Of a stretch of 64,000 nt of DNA, positions 47,501-56,444 are shown in pieces. Position 1 is the first letter of the stretch; the number at the start of each line of letters is the position of its first letter. Where the stretch lies: positions 3,517,761 to 3,581,760 of the forward strand of contig OY760498.1 of the NCBI GenBank assembly GCA_963663675.1, read 5' to 3'. Under the pieces are notes generated by a model. The model was not told the DNA's origin and did not search any database. It worked only from the letters and a program-made list of their open reading frames with translations. Position numbers and translations under genes: made by a program. Source of the DNA: Prolixibacteraceae bacterium (lineage in GTDB: Bacteria; Bacteroidota; Bacteroidia; Bacteroidales; Prolixibacteraceae).

Positions 47501-47980
47501 ATGAAGAAATTAGAGATAATAAGGAACCTCGTGATATCCAGAATCGTTCTGTACTCTTTGGGTTTAATGATTGGTGCATCAGTTCTTTCCTGCGCCGACA
47601 ATCAGAATAGCTTCGTACCTTATGCGAAGGTTGACAAATACATATCACTGGTAAATAACAATAACCTGCTGATACCCGGCAATTCCATGACTTTCCCGGG
47701 AGACGGCTATTCAGGATTGATCGTAATATGTATCAGCGAGATGCAATACGCAGCCTATGACGCCTGCTGCCCTTATGAGGGGACAAAGGCAAGTTACGTT
47801 GAAACAAATCCAGGTCAGACCGGAACAGTTGCCAGCAGTAACCCGGTAGCTACCTGCAAGACTTGTGGATCTCAATACATTTTGTACAACGGAGGCTATG
47901 CAATCAAAGGACCATCCACCAGGCCACTGAAACCATACCAGGTGACAGTGCTTGATAACCGGCTCTGGATACACAACTAG
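47501..47980 (+). CDS. lipoprotein with degenerate Rieske-like fold (cluster ligands replaced)
   Basis: ATG at 47501 gives MKKLEIIRNLVISRIVLYSLGLMIGASVLSC (lipobox). C-terminal CKTCGSQYILYNGGYAIKGPSTRPLKPYQVTVLDNRLWI resembles Rieske box II (CPCHGSQY...GPAP..L). ACCPYEGT sits at the box I position. Confidence 0.5.
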   Translation: MKKLEIIRNLVISRIVLYSLGLMIGASVLSCADNQNSFVPYAKVDKYISLVNNNNLLIPGNSMTFPGDGYSGLIVICISEMQYAAYDACCPYEGTKASYVETNPGQTGTVASSNPVATCKTCGSQYILYNGGYAIKGPSTRPLKPYQVTVLDNRLWIHN

Positions 47981-47986
47981 ATATGA

Positions 47987-48035
47987 GACATGAGATATAA
48001 GACATAAGACATGAGATATAAGACATGAGATATAA
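47987..48035 (+). repeat. tandem 14-nt unit GACATGAGATATAA x3 plus one truncated GACATAA unit
   Basis: Units at 47987-48000, 48008-48021 and 48022-48035, with the truncated unit at 48001-48007. An inverted copy lies at 48045-48075. Confidence 0.85.
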
Positions 48036-48080
48036 GATCAGTTCATCTCATGTCTTATATCTCATGTCTCATGTCTTTTT
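48001..48080 (+). terminator. long hairpin terminator formed by the tandem repeat and its inverted copy
   Basis: 24-bp perfect stem (48008-48031 with 48045-48068), extendable to 31 bp with one mismatch, then TTTTT (48076-48080). It lies between convergent genes, and the T-run overlaps the ahcY stop codon. Confidence 0.65.
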
Positions 48081-49476
48081 AATAGCGGTAATGTTCCGGC
48101 TTATATGGACCTTCCTTAGGAATACCCAGGTATTCAGATTGTTCTGGTGTAAGTGTAGTAAGCTTAACACCCAATTGGGCCAGGTGCAGCCTTGCAACTT
48201 CTTCATCCAAGTATTTTGGAAGGCGATAGACGCCAATCTCATAATTATTCTTCCACAAATCCAGTTGCGCAAGCGTTTGATTGGTGAATGAGTTACTCAT
48301 CACGAAAGAGGGGTGACCTGTTGCGCATCCAAGGTTCACAAGCCTGCCTTCCGCCAGCAGGAAAATAGCATGGCCGTCAGGATACAAGTATTTGTCAACC
48401 TGTGGTTTAATATTTATTTTCCTGATCCCGGGCCAATTTTCCAACCTGCTGACCTGAATCTCGTTATCGAAATGGCCAATGTTGCAGACAATCGCCTGGT
48501 CAGGCATGGCGGCAAGATGCTCGGCAGTAATAATATCCTTGTTTCCTGTCGTGGTCACAAAAATATTGCATTCCTTCACAACATCTTCAATGGTTGCAAC
48601 CTGGAAGCCTTCCATGGCGGCCTGGAGGGCACAGATCGGATCAATCTCCGTCACAATAACCCTGGCGCCATAGCCTCTGAGGGATCTGGCACAACCTTTG
48701 CCAACATCACCATAACCGCAAATAAGAACGACCTTACCGGCAACCATGACATCAGTGGCGCGTTTTATTCCGTCAGCAAGCGATTCACGGCAACCGTACA
48801 GGTTATCAAATTTTGATTTGGTGACTGAATCATTAACATTAATTGCAGGGAAAAGCAACTCGCCCCTCTCCAGCATCTGATACAGCCGGTGAACACCTGT
48901 GGTTGTTTCTTCCGAGACACCCTTTATTTCTTTGATCGCATTGCTCCACCGTTTTGGTGACTCTTTAAGAATCCTTTTGAGGGCGAGGTAAAGTTGTCTC
49001 TCATCCTCTCCTTCTGTTACTCTTTCCAAAATTGCAACATCTTTTTCTGCGGCATTTCCAATGTGAACCATCATGGTTGCATCCCCGCCGTCATCAACAA
49101 TAAGTTGCGGTCCCACCCCATTTCCGAAATCCAGAGCGCGTTCGGTACACCACCAATATTCTTCGAGCGTTTCTCCTTTCCATGCAAAAACAGGAATCCC
49201 CGACTGCGCGATGGCAGCGGCAGCATGATCCTGGGTGGAAAAAATATTGCAGGAAGCCCAACGTACTGTCGCACCCAGTTGCGCCAGCGTTTCAATAAGA
49301 ACAGCTGTCTGAATGGTCATATGCAGTGAGCCCATGATGCGAACTCCATTCAGCGGTTTCTCAATGCCGTATTTTATTCTTAACGACATTAAGCCCGGCA
49401 TCTCTTTTTCTGCAATTTCTATTTCTTTCCGGCCAAAAGCAGCCAATGAAATATCCTTTACTTTATAATCTTCCAT
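48079..49476 (-). CDS. ahcY: adenosylhomocysteinase
   Basis: [30 protein letters not shown] start. NAD-binding [11 protein letters not shown]-terminal PEHYRY. Confidence 0.95.
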   Translation of the reverse strand: MEDYKVKDISLAAFGRKEIEIAEKEMPGLMSLRIKYGIEKPLNGVRIMGSLHMTIQTAVLIETLAQLGATVRWASCNIFSTQDHAAAAIAQSGIPVFAWKGETLEEYWWCTERALDFGNGVGPQLIVDDGGDATMMVHIGNAAEKDVAILERVTEGEDERQLYLALKRILKESPKRWSNAIKEIKGVSEETTTGVHRLYQMLERGELLFPAINVNDSVTKSKFDNLYGCRESLADGIKRATDVMVAGKVVLICGYGDVGKGCARSLRGYGARVIVTEIDPICALQAAMEGFQVATIEDVVKECNIFVTTTGNKDIITAEHLAAMPDQAIVCNIGHFDNEIQVSRLENWPGIRKINIKPQVDKYLYPDGHAIFLLAEGRLVNLGCATGHPSFVMSNSFTNQTLAQLDLWKNNYEIGVYRLPKYLDEEVARLHLAQLGVKLTTLTPEQSEYLGIPKEGPYKPEHYRY

Positions 49477-49521
49477 CTATGATAATGAATTTACTTTACT
49501 GTTGATATAATGGCACGAAAT

Positions 49522-50460
49522 TTATTTCAAGCCTGCAAAGATAAGCATAGCCTTTGTTTTATCCTTCACTAATTGCTCTTTTAGCTTTTTCAGATTCTCA
49601 AATTTAACTTCATTTCTTATCCGCTCCATAAAGTGAACAGTAATTTCCTGCTGATAAATATCCTTTGAAAAGTTGAATATATTGACTTCAATACTTCTGT
49701 GATCCACGTTCGAGTTAACAGTAGGCCGCGTACCTACATTCAGCATTCCTTCATACCTGTCTCCGTCAACAAAGACATATACCGCATATACACCATCTGT
49801 GGGAACCATTTTATGGCGATCATCAGGTAAAATATTGGCAGTTGGAAACCCCAACTCTCTTCCCAGTCTTTTCCCTTCAACAACCTGGCCTTTCAATATG
49901 TATGAATATCCGAGGAGCTGGTTTGCTTTTCTCATTTCACCAGCCTCCAGTGCCTGGCGTATCTTGGTGGAGCTGACAGCAACATTTTCAACCAAAAGCT
50001 GGCTCAATTGCTCGACTTCGAACCCAAACTGCGCGCCCAACAGGCTGAGTGCCAGAAAATCGCCTTTGCGGTCATGTCCTAATTTGTGATCATAACCTGT
50101 AACCAGCTTATGAATATTCATTCGCTTCACCAGGATATCCTCAACAAATTCTGTATATGACAACGCAGCAAAATCACTGGTAAAAGGATAAATTACCAGG
50201 TGATCCAGTTGCATTTCTTCCAGAAGTGCCGTTTTTTCTTCTATGGTGGATAACAACCGTATTGTATCTTCTTTCGGAGTAACAATCATCCGGGGATGCG
50301 GGGAGAAGGTAAAAACGACAGATTCTCCGCCGGTTTTGAGGCTGATGCGTTTAAGTTCATCAATTACCTCACGATGACCGAGGTGCACACCATCAAATGT
50401 TCCGATTGTGACAACCGGTTTGCGGGCATTAAAATTATCTAATCCGTAATGTAACTGCAC
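49522..50460 (-). CDS. ribF: bifunctional riboflavin kinase / FMN adenylyltransferase
   Basis: VVTIGTFDGVHLGH and GFPTAN motifs. I prefer the GTG at 50460 because the TTG at 50478 in the ORF track is itself the TTG of a TATTTTTG -7 box. Confidence 0.85.
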   Translation of the reverse strand: MQLHYGLDNFNARKPVVTIGTFDGVHLGHREVIDELKRISLKTGGESVVFTFSPHPRMIVTPKEDTIRLLSTIEEKTALLEEMQLDHLVIYPFTSDFAALSYTEFVEDILVKRMNIHKLVTGYDHKLGHDRKGDFLALSLLGAQFGFEVEQLSQLLVENVAVSSTKIRQALEAGEMRKANQLLGYSYILKGQVVEGKRLGRELGFPTANILPDDRHKMVPTDGVYAVYVFVDGDRYEGMLNVGTRPTVNSNVDHRSIEVNIFNFSKDIYQQEITVHFMERIRNEVKFENLKKLKEQLVKDKTKAMLIFAGLK

Positions 50461-50475
50461 GTAAAAAATAAAATG

Positions 50476-50483
50476 CAAAAATA
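50476..50483 (-). promoter_or_regulatory. -7 promoter box TATTTTTG (minus strand) upstream of ribF
   Basis: The plus strand reads CAAAAATA. It lies 16 nt upstream of the GTG at 50460. Confidence 0.4.
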
Positions 50484-50552
50484 GTTAAAAATTTAAGCCT
50501 CTATGCTGCTTTTCATTTTTCACTTAAAGACTGTTTATTAGCTACGAATTTT

Positions 50553-50560
50553 TATTTTTG
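50553..50560 (+). promoter_or_regulatory. -7 promoter box TATTTTTG upstream of the TlpA-like gene
   Basis: Exact TAnnTTTG, 48 nt before the ATG at 50608. Confidence 0.4.
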
Positions 50561-50607
50561 TTGCATCATCGTTTCCTTCAGGGGAAATAATCTAAAAACA
50601 GGAAAAA

Positions 50608-51750
50608 ATGAATCGTATCCTTGCTATTTTGTCTGTCGCGCTTTTGGTTGTTGCATGCGGGAAAAAGAACAACTTCACAATTAACGGAAAAATTGATGGA
50701 GGTGCCGGCAAAACTATCTATCTGAGCTATCTTCTTACCAATTCACAGATACTTGCAGATTCTGCAGAAATGGATAACACCGGTTCATTTAAACTCAAAG
50801 GAAAAGTCAGTGCACCGACATTCTTCCTGTTGAAGGTATCTGACATCAATTTTGCAACGATAATAGCTGATTCTGCAGAAAATCTGACAATTACCGGATC
50901 ATACAAGAATTTTTCAAGGAATTACGACGTAAAAGGTTCAGATAATTCGTCAAAAGTTCGGGAACTGACATTTCGGTTTGCCGAAGTCAGGTCAAAACTC
51001 GATTCTCTGCGCCAGCTTTATCAGAAACATCAGGGAGATGCTGGTTATACTGCCGATCTGGAACGCTGGAACAATGAATATGTCAAAGCGTTTAATGACT
51101 ATACTACCTTCCTGAATGATTTTATAAAAAGAAATCCATTCTCAATGGCATGTGTTTATGCACTTTATCAAAAGTGGGATGAAAATAATTATGTAGCCAC
51201 TGACTTTCAGGCTATGAGGTCTGCTGCATCTGCTTTGTACGCGATACATCCAAAGAACGAACAGGTAAAAGCCCTTTACAACAACACACTGAATATTCTC
51301 AGGCAGCAAAGCAACTCCAAGCTGAACAACCTGATCTCTCAGACTGCCGTAAACTCACCCAACATTAAACTGCCGGATGTTACAGGCGTTCAGCGTGAAC
51401 TCTGGTCGTTACACGGAAAATACGTCCTGCTGCATTTCTGGTCGGCCAAGGATCGTACTTCCAGGATTCAGAACCAGGTACTGTCAGAACTTTACGCCAA
51501 ATACAGAAGCAGGGGATTCGAAATATATATGGTCAGTGTTGACAATGACAAATCTGCATGGACTACTGCTATTGCAGAAGATAAGCTCACCTGGATCAAT
51601 GTAGGTGACATGAAAGGAAGTGTCAGTGCGTTGATAAGCTACAATATCCAGTCAGTTCCTTCCAATTATCTCCTGGACAAGGAAGGTAAAATTATCGGGA
51701 AAAACCTTCAGGGGCCTGAACTTAACAAAGCATTGTCGAATTGCCTGTAA
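50608..51750 (+). CDS. DUF4369 + TlpA/thioredoxin-like lipoprotein lacking the CxxC active site
   Basis: Lipobox LLVVAC. N-terminal FTINGKIDGGAGKTIYLSY (DUF4369-like). C-terminal thioredoxin-fold pattern GKYVLLHFWSAKDRTSR...GFEIYMVSVD...LTWINVGD...VPSNYLLDKEGKIIGKNL, with SAKDRTS where WCGPC is expected. Confidence 0.7.
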   Translation: MNRILAILSVALLVVACGKKNNFTINGKIDGGAGKTIYLSYLLTNSQILADSAEMDNTGSFKLKGKVSAPTFFLLKVSDINFATIIADSAENLTITGSYKNFSRNYDVKGSDNSSKVRELTFRFAEVRSKLDSLRQLYQKHQGDAGYTADLERWNNEYVKAFNDYTTFLNDFIKRNPFSMACVYALYQKWDENNYVATDFQAMRSAASALYAIHPKNEQVKALYNNTLNILRQQSNSKLNNLISQTAVNSPNIKLPDVTGVQRELWSLHGKYVLLHFWSAKDRTSRIQNQVLSELYAKYRSRGFEIYMVSVDNDKSAWTTAIAEDKLTWINVGDMKGSVSALISYNIQSVPSNYLLDKEGKIIGKNLQGPELNKALSNCL

Positions 51751-52029
51751 CTACTGAATATTTTATCGAGAACTAAATTTTCAAGGGGAGTCATTCCTGG
51801 AGGATTTATCAGATGCCCTGGAGATAAATTCATAAATCTATCCGCGAAATACCCTAATTTTCCCAATTTACATCCTGCATTTACAGTGGTAATTTCAGCA
51901 GCTGTTCTCACAGCAGGTCAAGTCTTTCCTGTCATTTTGCTTCCATCATTTTATAAGTGAGACTCTTCTGGCAAATTGACGGTTTTTATCCGTTAACATT
52001 TTTTGTCTTGTTAAATAATGATTTACACC

Positions 52030-52037
52030 TATCTTTG
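52030..52037 (+). promoter_or_regulatory. -7 promoter box TATCTTTG upstream of lpxH
   Basis: Exact TAnnTTTG, 42 nt before the GTG at 52079. Confidence 0.4.
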
Positions 52038-52078
52038 TCGCGAAATTTATTGGCAAAGATTTATCACAAAAACTGCCT

Positions 52079-52861
52079 GTGGTTATCGGAAAAAAAATCT
52101 ATTTTATCTCGGACCTGCACCTTGGCGCTCCAGCGCTAAGGAACAACAAAGAGCGTGAGTTGTTATTCGTCGATTGGCTGCAATCGATCAGAGAGGATGC
52201 TTCCATGATTTTTCTGATGGGTGATTATTTCGACTTTTGGTTCGAATACAAAAAAACTGTTCCAAAAGGTTTTGTCAGGTCCCTGGGTGCATTGGCTGAA
52301 ATATGCGACAGCGGAATTCCGGTTCACTTTTTCACCGGAAATCACGATATTTGGGCATTTGATTATTTGACAATAGAGGTTGGCATGATTGTCCACACCG
52401 ATACAGTCAAAATGGAGCTTTCAGGCAAGAAATTTTTTCTCTCCCACGGAGACGACCTGGGTAAAAAAGATTTTGGCTATCAGTTGATAAAGAATTTTTT
52501 TCACAACAAGTTTGCCCAGTGGGCTTTTGCCAAAATTCATCCAGACTTATCATTCAGAATAGCTCATTATTGGTCTAAAAAAAGCCGTCTTTCATATAAT
52601 ACAAAGGATCACAATTTTAAGGGACTGGAATACGAAGAGCAGTACAATTATGCCAAAAGTGTTCTCCGAAAAGAACACTTTGATTATTTTGTTTTCGGCC
52701 ATCGCCACATAATTCTTAATGAAAAAATTGCTGATGACTCTAAACTGATAGTTCTGGGTGACTGGATAAAAAAATTCTCGTACGGGGTTTTTGACGGCAA
52801 TGAATTTAGTATAGAAAAAATTAAGAAAGAAAAACTAAAAGAGTATAGAATAACAATTTAA
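52079..52861 (+). CDS. lpxH: UDP-2,3-diacylglucosamine diphosphatase
   Basis: Calcineurin-like metallophosphoesterase motifs IYFISDLHLG, GDYFDFW, GNHD and GHRH, ~260 aa. GTG start. Confidence 0.8.
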   Translation: MVIGKKIYFISDLHLGAPALRNNKERELLFVDWLQSIREDASMIFLMGDYFDFWFEYKKTVPKGFVRSLGALAEICDSGIPVHFFTGNHDIWAFDYLTIEVGMIVHTDTVKMELSGKKFFLSHGDDLGKKDFGYQLIKNFFHNKFAQWAFAKIHPDLSFRIAHYWSKKSRLSYNTKDHNFKGLEYEEQYNYAKSVLRKEHFDYFVFGHRHIILNEKIADDSKLIVLGDWIKKFSYGVFDGNEFSIEKIKKEKLKEYRITI

Positions 52862-52863
52862 TC

Positions 52864-53958
52864 ATGAGTAAAAAGCTTTATACCATCATTACGGGCACGG
52901 GATCTTATGTTCCACCAACCATAATCCCAAACGACTATTTCCTTGATGCTGAATTTTATGAACCGCACACAGGAAAGAAATTTGAAACGCCTAATTCTGA
53001 AATCATTCGCAAATTCAACGAAATAACCAATATCGAAGAAAGAAGGTATGCAGAACCTGATCAGGCTACCAGTCACCTGGCTATTTTTGCAGCAGAAGAT
53101 GCAATCACCTCTTCCGGTTTCGACCGCGAGAAATTTGAGTTTATCATCGTAGCACATAACTTCGGAGATATTTACCCCGGAACCTACCGTTCAGACGTTT
53201 GTCCGGCTATCGCCAATCGTGTCAAACTGGGTCTTGGTATAAAAAACCCAAAAGTTATGACACATGACGTCATCGCCGGATGCCCCGGTTGGACGACCGC
53301 AATGATTGTTGCTGATGCTTACATCAAAAGCGGACATTTCAAAAGCGGACTTGTAATCGGCTCTGATCTGAACTCAAGGGTATCAGATCCATACGACCGC
53401 GACCGAATGATATTCTCTGACGGATCAGGTGCAGTAATTGTTGAAGCAATTGAGAGTGAGACTCCTGTAGGTATTCTTGCGTGCGAGAGCCGCTCGGATA
53501 ATGATCCGGGTATGCTAAAAATGGGTGTTTCCCTGAATCCTGACTATAAAGGAACTGAATTAAATATCAGGATGGCCGGGCACAAAGTGTATGCTTATGC
53601 CCTTAGTGCAGTTCCCGGGGTAGTGAAAGACAGTCTCGACAAAGCCGGGCTTCATCTTAATGATATTAAGAAAGTTCTGATTCACCAGGCAAATGAAAAA
53701 ATGGATGAGGCAATCCTCCACCGGGTATTCAAACTCTATGGAATCAAGGAATTTAACTCTGATGTAATGCCAATGACCATCCGCACTCTCGGAAATTCAT
53801 CGACAGCCACAGTACCCACCCTGCTGGATCTGATTCTGAAAAATAAAATGGAAGATCATGCTATTGAACCTGGTGACAACATTGTTCTTACCTCTGTTGG
53901 TGCCGGTATGGTCATTAACTCAATAGTTTACCGTTTCCCAAAAGATTCACTTTTATAA
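52864..53958 (+). CDS. 3-oxoacyl-ACP synthase III (FabH-like, long form)
   Basis: Thiolase-fold KAS III triad contexts: AGCPGW (Cys), IHQAN (His), GNSSTATVP (Asn). It starts 2 nt after the lpxH stop. Confidence 0.8.
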   Translation: MSKKLYTIITGTGSYVPPTIIPNDYFLDAEFYEPHTGKKFETPNSEIIRKFNEITNIEERRYAEPDQATSHLAIFAAEDAITSSGFDREKFEFIIVAHNFGDIYPGTYRSDVCPAIANRVKLGLGIKNPKVMTHDVIAGCPGWTTAMIVADAYIKSGHFKSGLVIGSDLNSRVSDPYDRDRMIFSDGSGAVIVEAIESETPVGILACESRSDNDPGMLKMGVSLNPDYKGTELNIRMAGHKVYAYALSAVPGVVKDSLDKAGLHLNDIKKVLIHQANEKMDEAILHRVFKLYGIKEFNSDVMPMTIRTLGNSSTATVPTLLDLILKNKMEDHAIEPGDNIVLTSVGAGMVINSIVYRFPKDSLL

Positions 53959-54009
53959 AGAACTCCACCGGGATTATAAATCAACTGGAATATCAGACTA
54001 ATATTTTTT

Positions 54010-54043
54010 AGCGCAACCACCCCAAACGGTTGCGCTTTTTTTA
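54010..54043 (+). terminator. rho-independent terminator after the lpxH-fabH-like pair
   Basis: AGCGCAACC / loop / GGTTGCGCT followed by TTTTTTT. Confidence 0.75.
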
Positions 54044-54065
54044 TTTTTATAGAAAAATCACTTTT

Positions 54066-55460
54066 ATGGAAATCTTCTTCCCTGTTCTTGCATTTCTCCT
54101 TGGCTGTACCATCGTTTTTCTCTGGCAGCAACGTCGTCTAAGCGATGAAAGGACTGCACAAGTCTCTAAACTCAATGAATCCGAGATGCAGGGATTCTCA
54201 AAAATTGCAGAGGCTGAAAAAGGCCGGTCACTGGCCGAACAGCAATTGTCATTATTGACCGGTATCAACACAGATCTAAAGGCGGCATTGGCGGCAGAAC
54301 GGCAGAAGAGCGAGGATTCGATCAGACAGTTAACATCTTCCTTGTCTGAACTTGAACATGCAAAAAAACAATTGACGGAAAGGGCACAAGAGCTTGAAAA
54401 AATCCAAAAGAAATTAACCACTGAATTTGAAAATATTGCAAACAGTATACTAAAAGTACATTCCGCGGAATTTACCACTCTTAATCAGAAAAATATTGGA
54501 GATATCCTTAATCCGCTCAAGGATAAGATACTTACATTTGAAAAAAAGGTTGAGGAATCCTATGAGAAGACGTTGAGAGACCAGACCGATCTGAAAGCTG
54601 AACTTAAAAAATTGCAGGACCTCAACATCAAAATAAGTGATGAGGCTCACAACTTGACTCAGGCACTCAAAGGGGATGTAAAAAAACAGGGCAATTGGGG
54701 TGAATTTGTTCTCGAAAGGGTTCTTGAACGATCCGGACTTACCAATGGAAGAGAGTATGAAAGGGAAGTTGTCGATGAAAACAGCGATGGAAAACAGATC
54801 AGGCCCGATGTGATTATACATCTGCCTGATAAAAAGCACCTGATCGTTGATTCAAAAGTTTCATTGGTTGCTTATGAGAGATTGGTCAATGAAAACTCTG
54901 ACGAACTTAGGGCCGGCCACCTGGCTGATCACCTTAAATCACTGCGGACGCACATAAAAATGCTTTCTGATAAGCATTATCCTACTGCAAAAAACCTGAA
55001 CAGTCCGGATTTCGTTCTGCTTTTCCTTCCTATTGAATCATCTTTCAGCATCGCCATTCAGGGAGATCAGGAATTGTTTAATTATGCCTGGGATAACAAA
55101 GTCGTAATTGTCAGCCCTTCAACCCTTCTGGCGACGCTAAGAACAATCGCTTCCATCTGGAAACAGGAAAATCAGACCAAAAACGCTCTTGAGATCGCAT
55201 CCCTGGGAGCCTCCCTTTATGATAAATTTGTAAATTTTGTCCAGGATCTCGAAAAAGTCGGGAAAGGATTGGAGACAGCACAATCCAATTACAGCAATGC
55301 ACTCAGCAAATTACATTCAGGCAAGGGCAACCTTATCAGAACCTCAGAAAAGCTGAAAGATCTGGGGATAAAAACACAGAAAGCGCTTCCCGACTATTTA
55401 ATAGAAGACGAGAAGAGGGAAGAATCACCAGACGAAGGTTCTAGCCTTTTCAAAGAGTGA
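54066..55460 (+). CDS. rmuC: DNA recombination protein RmuC
   Basis: ATG at 54066 gives an N-terminal TM (MEIFFPVLAFLLGCTIVFLW). This is followed by a long coiled coil and the RmuC nuclease-like core (RPDVIIHLPDKKHLIVDSK, VLLFLPIES). Confidence 0.85.
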   Translation: MEIFFPVLAFLLGCTIVFLWQQRRLSDERTAQVSKLNESEMQGFSKIAEAEKGRSLAEQQLSLLTGINTDLKAALAAERQKSEDSIRQLTSSLSELEHAKKQLTERAQELEKIQKKLTTEFENIANSILKVHSAEFTTLNQKNIGDILNPLKDKILTFEKKVEESYEKTLRDQTDLKAELKKLQDLNIKISDEAHNLTQALKGDVKKQGNWGEFVLERVLERSGLTNGREYEREVVDENSDGKQIRPDVIIHLPDKKHLIVDSKVSLVAYERLVNENSDELRAGHLADHLKSLRTHIKMLSDKHYPTAKNLNSPDFVLLFLPIESSFSIAIQGDQELFNYAWDNKVVIVSPSTLLATLRTIASIWKQENQTKNALEIASLGASLYDKFVNFVQDLEKVGKGLETAQSNYSNALSKLHSGKGNLIRTSEKLKDLGIKTQKALPDYLIEDEKREESPDEGSSLFKE

Positions 55461-56438
55461 TAAATGATGTGCTACAAGTGTAGCAAGAAACAGAAAAAAC
55501 AGGAATTCCCTCCAGAAACCGCGCCTGCCTGCCATAAAGAAATGGGCAATTAAGAAGGAGACTGAAATCGTCAAAATCGCGATGATACCCAAACCTGTTG
55601 AGGGGAAAAGGAATACTGACAGAACACACAACCCAAGCATCCAGTAAAGGATGATAAAATATTTTCTGGTACTCATTTTCCTGATACTCACAGAATTGAC
55701 CAATGTTATACTGCCAAACGAAGAAAGAAGAAATATAAATGCAGTAATCACGAGAAAACCTAAATCAGAAATGAAATGGTTGTTGACCGATTTTATACCT
55801 TCCGATATGGAAGCTATAATAACCTGATCCGAACCTGAAACAAAAAGAAAGGACCAAAGCAAAAGCCAGGGAAGAGTTATTCCGATCAGTGGAATCACCA
55901 GCAACCTCCAGTTGTCATTCTTTTGCAACACAAAAATACTGATCCAGATAAGAGGAAATAGTGCTACAACCGGCAGATAGAAAAGCGAACCTGTTGAAAG
56001 CAAAAATGAAGCATTAAATGTTGAAGATATCTCGTTTTTTCTGTGATAGGTCGAGAAAATGTAATAGACCGCCAACAGTAGGAACAAAGTTGCAGGAAAT
56101 ACAGCATGAAATGTTTGTAAGGATGGAAATGCTGAAACTGTGCTTACGTAGATTATGCCCGGAAGGAATGTCCTGTGCGGTAAAAACTGGAATTCATAAC
56201 TTATCATGGATAATATGAGTGCATTAAGCAGAACGAGGATAAATCCGGTTAAAACAGGTATAAACATGCTGCCTGAAAGGAACTTATTGAAAAAAATGGA
56301 CAGAGGCATCATTCCTTCTCCCGGATTAACCACAAAAGCTGCAGGTTCACTTAATGGTTCCATCCAGAACAAAAAGGCCACAATTGGAATGAGTATGGCA
56401 CTGTAAACACTTTTGCTGTTAAATAGCCTCAGAAACAT
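55425..56438 (-). CDS. polytopic membrane protein, unknown function, co-transcribed with purD
   Basis: About 9-10 hydrophobic helices. It starts 7 nt after the purD stop, and its 3' end overlaps the rmuC 3' end by 36 nt. Confidence 0.6.
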   Translation of the reverse strand: MFLRLFNSKSVYSAILIPIVAFLFWMEPLSEPAAFVVNPGEGMMPLSIFFNKFLSGSMFIPVLTGFILVLLNALILSMISYEFQFLPHRTFLPGIIYVSTVSAFPSLQTFHAVFPATLFLLLAVYYIFSTYHRKNEISSTFNASFLLSTGSLFYLPVVALFPLIWISIFVLQKNDNWRLLVIPLIGITLPWLLLWSFLFVSGSDQVIIASISEGIKSVNNHFISDLGFLVITAFIFLLSSFGSITLVNSVSIRKMSTRKYFIILYWMLGLCVLSVFLFPSTGLGIIAILTISVSFLIAHFFMAGRRGFWREFLFFLFLATLVAHHLSLFEKARTFVW

Positions 56439-56444
56439 CTCAGT

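Noticed and set aside
47987-48075. Possible CRISPR-like array because of regularly repeated GACATGAGATATAA units.
   Set aside because: The units are only 14 nt and directly abutting with no spacers. One arm is inverted to form a hairpin, and there are no cas genes in the window.
51751-52078. 328-bp gap between the TlpA-like gene and lpxH as a possible sRNA or small gene (ORFs 51708-51911 minus strand, 51957-52139 plus strand).
   Set aside because: I found only weak 4-6-bp stems, no terminator and no motif in the small ORFs. The only supported element is the TATCTTTG box at 52030-52037.
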